The notes beneath the pieces were generated by a model. It worked only from the letters and a program-made list of their open reading frames with translations. It did not search any database and had not been told where the DNA came from. A stretch of 64,000 bases of DNA, from positions 3,480,275-3,544,274 of the forward strand of contig CM082587.2 in the NCBI GenBank assembly GCA_040954595.2, given 5' to 3'. Origin of the DNA: Balanoglossus misakiensis (lineage: Eukaryota; Animalia; Hemichordata). Position 1 is the stretch's first letter. Each line of letters opens with the position of its first letter. Below, in pieces: positions 51,620 to 62,955 of this stretch. The translations under genes were made by a program, and so were the position numbers.

Positions 51620-52145
51620 TGTGAGGCATTTAAGTTTTGCACAGTGCCGTGAACTGGTACACTGCTCTGTCGAACTGTCAATGCACTAAATGATGCGTGT
51701 GGTGCAATGTCTAAAGGTCGGAAAGCTAAATTTAGGGTGCAGTGACTGTCGGTCTGCACGTAGAGCGAAGCTAGTTCTGCCGTAAGGTCCAGCAGCGAGC
51801 ACCTGCAGTCTTGTCACATAACTCTGATGTAATTAAGTCACAGACAAATAACTAGTCTGTTGGCGAGTGGTCTATTATCTCAAGGACGAGACACCTGAAT
51901 ACGGTGAGTTTTGGTACCAAAGCATTTTTTTTCTGAACTGACTAGCACCCCCACCCCCCAGAATATCCTCCAGCCCCACATATCAAATGGTCCACTCACG
52001 ATAATTGTAATATGGTGGAAGTGACAAGTTATGGGTGTGGCACATTATACCAGCTCAGGAATAAACCTTGTTTGTTACTTTAATTAAGGATTCGCTTTCT
52101 TTCCACAGGTTGCTGTTCTTTTCTTGTATTCAACAAGTCACCACT

Positions 52146-53958
52146 ATGGGTAAGAGAGTTGCTATCCTTGGCGCTGGGGCCAGTGGTCTGATAGCCATGA
52201 AGTGTTGCCTGGATGAGGGTCTGGAACCGGTTTGTTTTGAGAAAAGCACGGACATCGGTGGACTGTGGAAGTACAGCGATGATGCCAAAGAAGGCCAAGC
52301 TAGTGTCTTCCACTCGACAATCATCAACACAAGCAAAGAGGTCATGAGTTTTAGCACTTTCCCACCACCGAAAGAATATCCGAATTTCATGCACAACGTG
52401 TGGGTGATGAAGTACTTCAGGCTTTTCGCGGAAAAATTTGGGTTGCTGAAGTATATCAATTTCAACGTCAACGTCACCAGCGTCAAACAAGCTGCGGACT
52501 ATGACACAACAGGCAAGTGGGATGTGGGGTACACAAACAGAGACGAGGGCACGACCAAAACGGAAACCTTCGACGCTGTCTTGGTATGCAGTGGTCATCA
52601 TGTTGACCCCCACGTGGCCAAGTTCCCAGGCCAGGACGATTTCCAGGGCAGGATCGTCCACACCCATGACTACAAGCATCCTCGCGGTTACGAGGATAAA
52701 CGCATCGTGGTGATAGGAATTGGGAATTCTGGTGGTGACGCAGCGGTGGAACTCGCCAGAGTTGGCTCACAGGTTAGAAAACATCATTCGATGTTATCAG
52801 CAGATTTGTAAACTAGGATAGCAAACACTATCTGGTCAAAGGTGAAAATGCCTCTTCAGGCTGTAGGTCTCTCAACGTGGCTGGCTATACAGGTACTTGT
52901 TAATGCTTCAAAACACTAGTCAATACACTCACACTAAGTTTAGTACTTTGCCCCAGTAACATTGGTGTATTCTTACTTTTCATTTTTCTCAGGTTTTCCT
53001 GAGTACCAGAAGAGGCAGTTGGGTATTGAACAGGGTTGGTCTAAATGGTCTTCCCATAGACTTGGTTGGTGTTAGACGATGGGTAGATTTATTACCTGCC
53101 TCTTGGAAGATTGCCTTTGCAGAGAGGGAGGTTAACAAGCGTTTCGACCATGCAAACTATGGGCTGCTGCCAAATCATCACATTATGTCACAACATCCCA
53201 TGGTGAATGATGTATTACCGAATGAGATCTTGTCAGGTCGTGTCAAGGTCAAGGCCAACGTGAAGCGTTTCTTGAAAACCAGCGTCGAGTTTGAAGATGG
53301 CACGGTTGAAGAGGACATCGACGAAGTGATCATGGCCACAGGGTACACGTTCGGTTTCCCGTTCTTGGAGGAGTCGGTTGTCAAGGTGACCAACAACGAG
53401 GTGACCATGTACAAGTACGTGTTTCCGCCACACCTGAAACACGGCACACTGGCGGTGATCGGACTTGTGCAACCACTTGGAGCCATAAATCCCATATCTG
53501 AAATTCAGTGCCGGTGGGCTGCCAGGGTTTTCAAGGGCCTTGTCAAACTACCTGCAAAGGAAGCCATGATGGCCGACATCCAGCTAAAGAAAGAGGCAAT
53601 GGCGAAGAGATACGTCAAGTCGCAACGGCACACTGTACAGGTTGACTTTATCTCATTCATGGATGAAATTGCCGAACAGATCGGCGTGAAACCGAACATT
53701 CCTTGGTTATTTTTAACCAACCCCAGACTGGCACTGAAGTGTTACTTCGGTCCATTCACTCCGTATCAGTATCGTTTGATGGGTCCGGGAAAGTGGTCAG
53801 GCGCCAAAGAAACCATAGAAACACTGTGGGACCGGGTTATCTATCCTACTAAGTCACGGCCACTCAATGTGCCTGAAAAGAAATCCAGTTTGGGTGGATT
53901 CTTGAGAATCCTGATCATTTTGGCTGTAATAGCAGCTATTGCTATGAAGTTTGTGTAG
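52146..53958 (+). CDS. FMO: Flavin-containing monooxygenase (dimethylaniline monooxygenase, FMO5-like), 530 aa
   Basis: Exons 52146-52772 and 52993-53958 (1593 nt). FAD motif GAGASG, FMO signature FQGRIVHTHDYK, NADPH motif GIGNSGGD, ATGY, C-terminal hydrophobic anchor LRILIILAVIAAIAMKFV. An upstream non-coding exon is spliced 51904-52108. Confidence 0.97.
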
Positions 53959-54950
53959 TTGACATTTTCGAAAAGAGTACCATTGGAATCATGGTATATA
54001 CCCAAAAATCATAATGCAGTTTTTATCATTTTGTGGTAAGTTTTCAGATTGTGCAGTTTTTCATAGATTTCTAATGTTTTTGAATATACTGTATATCCAA
54101 ATTGCCTCTTTCATTTTGAATCCCAGATGCAAATATACATGACATGTTTTATGAAAGAACATTTTAATATAGTGCAATCATTGGCATTTGTATGTAGCAA
54201 AAATTATTGTTACTTACCCCCTGAGTAAACAGTTTAATTTTTGACAAGACAAAAGGCATTATAATCCTTACCATGGATTTATGTCATAGACATAACTTTC
54301 CACATAACCCATTTTTAGAACACAGTTGTTTTTTCGAAGACAACTTCACATATACTTATACACCATTGAAAATTATGAAACAATACAGAAGCAATTGTAC
54401 TTTTCATTATTTAAATAAAGCAATCGTGACTCATAGTCGATGGTTGATATTTGCGGATTTGTGCAATGACACCTCACATCTCTGTCACAAGTGTCCTTAA
54501 GCTGAAAAATTCTCCGAATGAGTTGAATTGTCAAAATGTCAAGCTCATACTCGCACGTGTCAGACAAGTGAGAATAAATATGCTGCGGGGAACATATTTT
54601 AGTGCCCAATGCAGCAGCCGTCCCCATTTTTAAACAACCCGGCTGTTACATACGTAGCAAAATTTAATTATGCCTTCACGCGTTTATTTTCTTCTAAAAA
54701 TTCATATCCGGTGGTTGACATTCGGGGATTTGTGCAGTGACATCTCGCCACTCTGTCACAGGTGTTCTTAAGCTGAAAAACGGGTGTTACCTGTGTCGTG
54801 CACCGGAAGGATGGAAATGGGATGGTAACTATGCATCCTGATCGAACGGAACATTTCACCACCCTGACGCTCTCAGTCAACTGTAACTTTTGTGCGCGGA
54901 AACACCTTCAGTTTCTTGTCTTTTTGATTGTTCTGAAGAAGATAGATAAG

Positions 54951-57248
54951 ATGTTCATCGCTTTTGTGGTCTTTACAACTTCTATCGTTGTCTTCAGTCG
55001 GACGACCCCTGGTATGTACTATTATAATGTTCACATATGTACCCGAATACTATGTCAACGGCTTTGATGAAAAACTCAGGAGCCCCAATCTAACTATAGG
55101 CTTACTTGGAAGCATTAATAATGCTTTCCTCTGTGATGTTTGTCACTGCAGGCATATTGCCATGAGGCACCGTCCCAAGACATCATAACACTAGCTTGGT
55201 CATAGATATAAGAGTTAGATATCCTAGTCAGTATTGGCTGCAGATTAAAGTTTTTGTTTTACCAGCGATGGAGCTCTGATAGTTTGCAGAGATTCACGAT
55301 AGGAAATGATACTGGGGAAAATTGTAACCTAAGTAACATTGCTTTCTTTCTTCCTTCCTTCCTTTGACAGCTCTCGCTGAATGTAAGAGGCCTGGGTATT
55401 TCGAATGCAACAGTGGTAAATGTCTTCATCCACGTTATGTCTGTGATCGAATTCCTCATTGCCCAGGAAGGGCTCGAGAAGACGAAGAAGACTGTGGAAT
55501 AGGTAAATCCAAACTAAAAATGCTTGGCGGCCTGCTTAATTCTTGGACATGGGGCCCGAAGTACCTCAAAATACCCCCCACACACCAAGAAGCTGTAAAA
55601 TCGTAAATTATGGGATGTTTTTCCGGAATATTCTATAACAGTTCTTTTACTCGCTGCGCTGGAACGATCGAGTGAAAAAAAATTCTGATGGCACATGTAT
55701 AGATCGCGGAGGTCATGGATTTCTGTTATATTTTTTACTGTAGGCTAGGCTTGCATAAAACTCGCAAAGGAATACTAATTTTAATTATTTATTCGCCTTT
55801 TCGCTGTTCTCGTCTTAATATTAAGCACCTTGTCCTTGGCCAAGCTTTCTGTGCTATGATGGGGAATGCATAACTGGATATCTGAGGTGCGATGGTTACC
55901 CTGAATGTAAAGATGGTTCAGATGAGTTGTGTGGTAAGTGAGAGCCATAGTATATAAAGTAGCTGTTTCATGGCCATTCCATGTCATATAAATACAGCGA
56001 ATATCTGAAGAACACTATACCAATCATCTCAGATCATACAACGTCAACTGTATAATTCAAAAGCTACACACTGCAGGTGTTTCTTTGAGTTGGGTTAACC
56101 ATTTTCGGTTTTAGCTTGGTACATGTACTTCTTGTTAAACATTAGCGATAACAATATTAGGTTCATACAATTACACGACCAACGCAAATTAGTAAGTCAT
56201 ACTCTAAATATTTGTATTTTGGCCTGACTCAGGTACGTGCTCCATGATGTCTTAACGGGTGACACCTGCCAGTGGTTGAGTTAATAAGTACCCAGCCACC
56301 ACCTGTGTCCTATTATTAGTACTGCTGTGTTCGTTTATGTTCAATATAATATATTGAAAATTGCCCTGTTAATGGATGTAATGTCCCAATTACCGTAGGA
56401 CCTCCGTGTACGGATTGTAATTACTGGAGAAATTTGAGGAAGAAGCCTTATTGGTGTCAACCATATCGAAGATATCCACCACTACCATGTTTAGTCGGGG
56501 TGAGCATTTATTTGTAAGATTCAGCAATTATATTCAACCTCCGCGCCACGCCACGAAATCAGGGGTATTTTATGGTACCTTACAAAAAAATAAGCATGTC
56601 ATGGTTATGCTCACAAAAAGTCATGGCCCAATTTCTCGCTTGCGCTGATTGCAATATCGCTTGAATTACATTGGCTCGTTTTACTATATTTACCCCGCCG
56701 GAGTGTTTGGCTTCAGGACTGGTACTCTCCGGGTGTGAAAGAGAGATGACTTGGCGTAATGTTGCGAAGACGTGGCTCATTTCAGTGTAACTAAGATGGT
56801 GTGTCATGGTCTCACATGTATGTGGCCACTCTCCGAATTCTCTTACAGGAAGCCTGTACAACCATTTTGAAGCAACGACCAAATGGTAAAATAAAAGTCT
56901 GGGAAGGCTGTGTGTCAGAAAAGGTGAAAAAAACCACATTTATACTTTTAAGTTTATTCTAAATCTAATTTCCTGAAATGGAGGGATACATCGTTATTGG
57001 AGCCACAAAAATGTGTGTTTGTGTTTCCTCTGATTACCATATGTTTATATACACATTTACTTAGTCTTTGAGTTTTTCTTCTGGTACAATTTCAGCGGTG
57101 CGACAAGCTGACGAGTAAGAATAAACCAGGCTGCTATGAGGAGCCTATACAGGTTGGCATGGAGGGAAAATGTACGTTTTGCTGCTATGACAAGGACGAC
57201 ACTTGCTTCAAAAGAGAGTTAACCATAGATGACGCCATCCCAGTTTAA
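54951..57248 (+). CDS. Secreted LDLa + three-finger (Ly6/uPAR-like) protein, copy 1 (1 LDLa), ~173 aa
   Basis: Exons 54951-55011 (SP), 55371-55502 ([39 protein letters not shown]), 56399-56499 (PPCTDCNYW...C...C), 56849-56923 ([25 protein letters not shown]) and 57096-57248 (RCDKL...GC...[25 protein letters not shown]); all GT-AG and in frame. Confidence 0.88.
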
Positions 57249-59548
57249 ATACTGTGATCCTACTGGCCATCCTACGTGGGTAGTTCTAGGCCGAGTTAAA
57301 AGTAATGAGATAACTAACTCTTGTTGCGATAAAGTTTGAATAGAGCGTCGACTGCATGCGTTATTTAACCTTAAAATTTTCCTTATGGTCCAAAGAGATT
57401 TAACTTTAATGAAACGTATGTCACTGTGTTTCCAAGAAACCGATTGAGCGCAAATGTTGCAGACACCTGCGGAATCAAGTTCATGGAATGAAAATTTTTG
57501 ATCATTTTATTGTTTGCACCTCGTGAACATTTTTCATGGGTTATAGCTCATGAAAATTGTCAAAAATGACAAATTTCCTGCTGCGGACATTTTTCATGAG
57601 TTATTGCCTATTTCATCTAGTGGCGAAACGCTACGAATGTAATTAGGTTTTATAGCATTGAAGGCGGCTGTTACACGCGTATAAAGTCTTAAATTTTATT
57701 GATAATTATGTGGTGTATTTTGATCCGAAATTCCATATCCGGCGGGTAACATATTTGCATATTTGTACCGCGATGTCTCACCTCTGCCATGCGAGTATTT
57801 AAGCTGACAGCCCAGTGTCACTTCGGTTATACACCAGAGTGATAAAGAATGCAATTGTAACAAGCACATTCAATATATCTGTATAGCTCGTCAACCCGAC
57901 GCTCTCAGTGGACAGGACCATCGCTGCACCATCTGGGAGAAAGTGAGATATGAACGGTTTTTGCATACATTGGTGGGTAGCAGGTGGGGTATACTTATAC
58001 GTAAATTGTCAGCGTCTCTTGTCCATTGAATTAGCCGATAAGCAAAATAGTCATGCTTGTACATTGCACAATATTTTACAAAGTTATTCACAATCAGGAA
58101 AAATATGCGTGAGTCTGAGAATTCGAAATAAAAAAATATATGTGTAAGTTTAAACGCAAAGTATCTGAGCAGATGGTTACTTCCTATGATCTTAGCTATA
58201 GCGTTATACTTTCTAAATGGTGATGAATTAAACCATCTATCGTGTGATCCCAGCCCGTCATCAGATTCCATTTATAGCAAAACATTTTGAATTAAATGGA
58301 TGGTTATATTGTTGTGTGAATAAGGCATGTCATTCACTCGTTCGTGCGAAAATTAAAATTGACGATGTGCAAACTTCTAAAAATCCAGACACAATTCAAC
58401 ACTCGTATGCGTGTCCACTATCTGATGGCAGATTCTAAAGAGGCCATGCTATCATACGCCTGTCTGAAGAAGCATATGGTATAGCAGAGTACCTGACAAC
58501 TTGTTTTCATTTAAATTCATGATTATGTAGATTTCCTTGGTACATGTAGCTATAAATTGCACGAGCGTCACTGTACATGTATCACATTTGCTGAAAAAGG
58601 TCCTTGCCAGATAATCCCATTGGTGACAGCAACTCCCGCGTGACTCCAACTGAAGGTATGAGACAGAACATTACTTTTTGTCTTGTTGGGTTTATTTTTT
58701 TATTGTTTTGGGGGTCTTGTTTGTCTTTGTTACTTAATTCAATAGTGATCGGTAGGTGTGGTTTTAATTGGGAACCGGGCTCCAAAACCGGCATTTTACG
58801 AGCAAGCACCGCAAATTTAGTTTTTGAACCTTTATGCTTGATTTTTAAGATAAAATCTACATCGAGCCAGACAAAAGTGTTTGATTTCATTCCAACACTA
58901 TTGTTCTAAAATCAGTACTTTCGGAGATTATCTTAAATGTCACGTGAGGTTATCTAAAGAAACTATTATTTGGACCCCTAGTCTCAAGTTCAACTTTCAA
59001 GTTCTCGTGAGACATGACTTAGAGCACTGAAGTCTTCTACTTTAACTCACTAATTCAAATTCCAGCGAGTTTGCAGCATATGAAACTTTTGAAAATAGAA
59101 TTTAACAAGTGAGCCAAGGTATAATGTAACGTGCGTAATAGGACCGAAGATAATGCAAATGATGTATGGTGATGTCATGCACAGCATATGGCCATGTTTG
59201 CCGGAAGATGGATACAATTTTGATGACGTATACCGTCATATTACATCATTTCAAATCGGAGGGACATGTACAACATTAAAACTCATCAATTAAATTTCAG
59301 CACATTTATAATGCATGATGGACTGTCTAATAGATTATTTTGTGGATATACTGCGTCAGGAGAATGTTAACTTTTATGACACAGAAATCAACTACAAGTG
59401 AACATCCGTACCCTCACTTACTTGTCAGAAAATATATATAATCGCGAGTGCGGTGAATTATAAAAATACACGATGGGCCACAAAAATTGCAATATTCCAG
59501 AAATTCTCAAAATTAATTCAAAAGCATGTTGTCAGCAGACCGTTTGTT

Positions 59549-59836
59549 AATCTCTCAGACAACTAAAAGTAATTCTCTCTTCTTCTTTTTTTGTATTGAA
59601 ATTTATTTAATCCTCTTGAGTGGTTTTACTATCGTCTGACAGCCCGTCATTTACACATGTAATCTCTCAGACAACTAAAAGTAATTCTCTCTTCTTTTTT
59701 CGGCCTGCGATTAAATTGTCAAGAGAATGTGATAATGCATGTTCCATGAGTATTATGCCGGGCATATTTGTATTGAAATTTATTTAATCCTCTTGAGTGG
59801 TTTTTACTATCGTCTGACAGCCCGTCATTTACACAT
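59549..59836. repeat. Local tandem duplication (~110-175 bp units) in an intron/upstream region of copy 2
   Basis: aatctctcagacaactaaaagtaattctct at ~59549 and ~59661; ttgtattgaaatttatttaatcctcttgagtggttttt...cagcccgtcatttacacat at ~59591 and ~59768. Confidence 0.85.
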
Positions 59837-60158
59837 TACATTTCTACTCAATATTCCACATGGAAACTCTATCAGTGCTATGTATTTCATCTCAACCATC
59901 TTGTATAAACAGACTTTTTCCGTTTAAGCGTATGTCAAATGTATCTAATAGAAATCACCTAAAACGAAAACACCATGGCATACATTAACCGCCTTAATGT
60001 ACGTATCTTTTTTAAAATTAAAATGACAGATAAGAAAAAATTACATTCTTTATTTTGTTTTTCCTACCTTTGGTTTAGTTATGTGATTTCCTTATCAATA
60101 GAGAGACTAATAACATTTTTTCGTTATTATTCTTTGATCACTCTTGCAGAGAAAAATC

Positions 60159-62034
60159 ATGTTTGAATTTCTTCTTGTTACCACCATTTCTATCTTTGCT
60201 TTGGAGCTGGTTAAACCAGGTCAGTATTACGTGTCGCATGCTTTCATATCCATCGTAATTCCATAATTTATCATTATTATTTTTGCCTTGCGATCATATG
60301 AACTGAACTGCACAATTCTTCGTATGGGACTCACAGCCGCAGACGGTACGACTCCCACCCTTTAATATTGCGCTCTCTACGGCAACGCGGATAAAAAAGA
60401 CCAAGTTTTTTTTCAGGTGTCGCTGAATGTCCACCCGGGAAATTCGAGTGCAACTCGGGCGAGTGTATTCCAATGAAATGGGTTTGTGATCAGTACGCGG
60501 ATTGCCCAGGGAATGATCACGAGGACGAGGAAGACTGTGAAATAAGTAGGAAAAAAGACACATGCCCACATATTTTCTGTTACACAAAGTATGGTTATCT
60601 GGCTAATCTGTTCTCTGAAATATGACCCAGAGCTGGGCGATGGCCTGAAAAGGGTTCGATTGATTTTACATTGATGGATTTTGCTCGTTGAAACTTGAAT
60701 TTTGCCGTGGCAACGGGTATCGCCAGACCATATGAATGATACCTTTCCTGTCTTTTTCAAGGACCTTGCGGTGCACCTACAGATTTTCAGTGCAAGAACG
60801 GCGTGTGTATTCTTGGATACTACAGTTGTGATGGCTTCCCAGATTGTAAAGATGGCGAGGATGAGGCGTGTGGTGAGTGCAGGACATAGTCCGGACCCTT
60901 AGATTTTAGCATGCGTGGTACATTGGATATCATATTTCGTTTCTTTGGTCGCACTATATATATGACAGATTGAACCCACTGCCTTCGTTAATTGCTGCAC
61001 TGGATAGCCAACATCCAACAGTCCACGTATACCACATACACACGAAACAAATAACCTCTTCATTCAATTTTACCACTTTGTTCGCAGTTTCATATTGTCA
61101 ATCCTGTAAAGCCAACAGTTGAGTGTAATTTCATCTAATTTAATGCTGCAGGTCCAATATGCATGAATTGTGAGAAATGGCGTACACTAAAGGGTTCCCC
61201 CCTGGACTGTTCGCCAGGCAAATATCCTTCCTACTGTGAAGAAAACGTAAGGATTTCCTTTACTGATAATCAATAAGCTCCATTTCTGAAACTGTAGCGT
61301 TTGGCTATTTTTCAGCTTACTCGAGGCATGTATCAACTCCACATATACATTTAATCATTACTTGTGTTACTAATGTAATGATTACAGGCAGTTTGGTTGA
61401 CACTAAATTCTCCTCCCCCCCTCTCTCTCTCTCTCTCCTCTCCGTCCTCCCCAAAAGGACATTTGCATAACCCGTTTGAGACAACGTAAGAATGGTAAAA
61501 TAAAAGCCTTTTATGGTTGTAAACGTGCAAAGGTAGGATGTTTATTATTAATTTGGATATAAATTTATAACCAAATGTACTAATGAGGGTATGCCTCATT
61601 GTTGATAGCTGTGAAAACATTGCTTTTTATAAAGACTTTGTTTCGAATGTTGCCACAACATGAACACTTAGCCTAGCGCCTGTGTCATCTCTGCCATCTA
61701 TCAGTGGATTGCATTAGCTGAAGTGTATCGAGCGTTCTGATTGGTGAATGCAGATTTCTGTAACACCTGCTGGCATTGTTCAAAATACGTCATATGCATG
61801 AAACGTATCACAGTTAGACTGAAAGATTCCGTCGAGTCATGGCGCTCATTCCCCCTTCTTTACAACATACAGCGTTGTCACCGCCTGCAATCGCTGAATG
61901 CCCCGGGCTGCGAAGAAACGCCAATGCGAGTTGGAAATGGGGTAGGTTGTACCTTTTGCTGCAATGGCACGGATCCCGACACCGCTTTTTGCAATGACCG
62001 GGCTCTGACGACGTATGACGTCATAGCGGTTTAA
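60159..62034 (+). CDS. Secreted LDLa + three-finger protein, copy 2 (2 LDLa), ~210 aa
   Basis: Exons 60159-60219 (SP), 60417-60545 (ECPPGKFECNSGECIPMKWVCDQYADCPGNDHEDEEDC), 60762-60872 (PCGAPTDFQCKNGVCILGYYSCDGFPDCKDGEDEAC), 61152-61246 (PICMNCEKW...DC...YC), 61458-61532 (DICITRLRQRKNGKIKAFYGCKRAK) and 61873-62034 (RC...GC...CTFCCNGTDPDTAFCNDRALTTYDVIAV*). AATAAA at 62162. Confidence 0.9.
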
Positions 62035-62737
62035 TGGTCTTCCTGATACGCAAGAACCTTCATCCGGGACATCTGATTGATTATGCCAATGACGTCATCC
62101 ATACGTTCTACAATTTGTGGTGGCTGCCTTCTGGTTACTGACTAGTATTAATTGCATAGCTAATAAATAAGCTCATCGTATCAAATTGCAATGTCATGGT
62201 TATACTAACTTAATTAAAGCTCCATTAACTGTATCTTTTCAAATGTTTTCAGTATTTTTGTTTTGTGTATCTACTGAAGTTTCTTTTTCAAATCCTTGAA
62301 ACACGATGAAATGCCCAGAGTCCAGCTTCAAGTCCGGACTAGAATTTATTTGTCAACAACAACAATGGCCGTAACACACATGCTATGTTGACAAGGGAGC
62401 TATTGGGCATTCAATTTTCTGAATGATACTGCCACTCATTGGATTCATACCAACAGAAATTCGACGGTGTAAGGTAGTTTAAGGGTCATAAAAATGTATC
62501 TGGTGATCACGATATACTATCTCGTGACTGCGAGATAAAATTTATAATTCTGCAATACGCAATGTCCCTTACGGGCTTTTCATATACCCGCTTCCGCGTG
62601 ATAATATCAACACCGACCATCGGAAAACTGTAAAGCTGAAGAAATGATCACACGCATGCGACGAGCAAGCAGATGGTGGCCCTGTAACACCCACTGGTTT
62701 TCAGAAATTCCTTTTTAAAATGTTGATCTGGACACGT

Positions 62738-62744
62738 TATATAA
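62738..62744 (+). promoter_or_regulatory. Candidate TATA box of copy 3
   Basis: TATATAA followed by a short non-coding exon (donor gtatgg at 62818) and an acceptor at 62948 just before the ATG. Confidence 0.45.
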
Positions 62745-62955
62745 CTTCTAAAACTCTCCGCCGCTAGACTCCATTCTCTGACAATCGTTGGTGTAACTAC
62801 TGGGACAACAGTGTAAGGTATGGGATGTGTTTTTAAAACATTGGTTTTGCAATTCATTGCTATATCGTTCATTACTGGGTTCCGTGTGTGTTTTCTTTGA
62901 TCTATCATACTACTAGTATGTCACATTGCTTTACGTTATGTCTTCCAGATAAATA

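Noticed and set aside
52080-53720. Long antisense ORFs over the FMO (199, 118, 105 aa)
   Set aside because: Shadow ORFs of a codon-biased coding sequence with no recognisable motifs
52146-53958. Idea that the FMO is a halogenase or indole oxygenase for host defensive metabolites
   Set aside because: The sequence is an ordinary membrane-anchored FMO5-like enzyme and the host is unknown; nothing in the window supports a special substrate
57950-59500. Possible extra LDLa-three-finger pseudogene or transposon between copies 1 and 2
   Set aside because: I found no Cys-pattern exon remnants, clear TIRs or transposase motifs by eye
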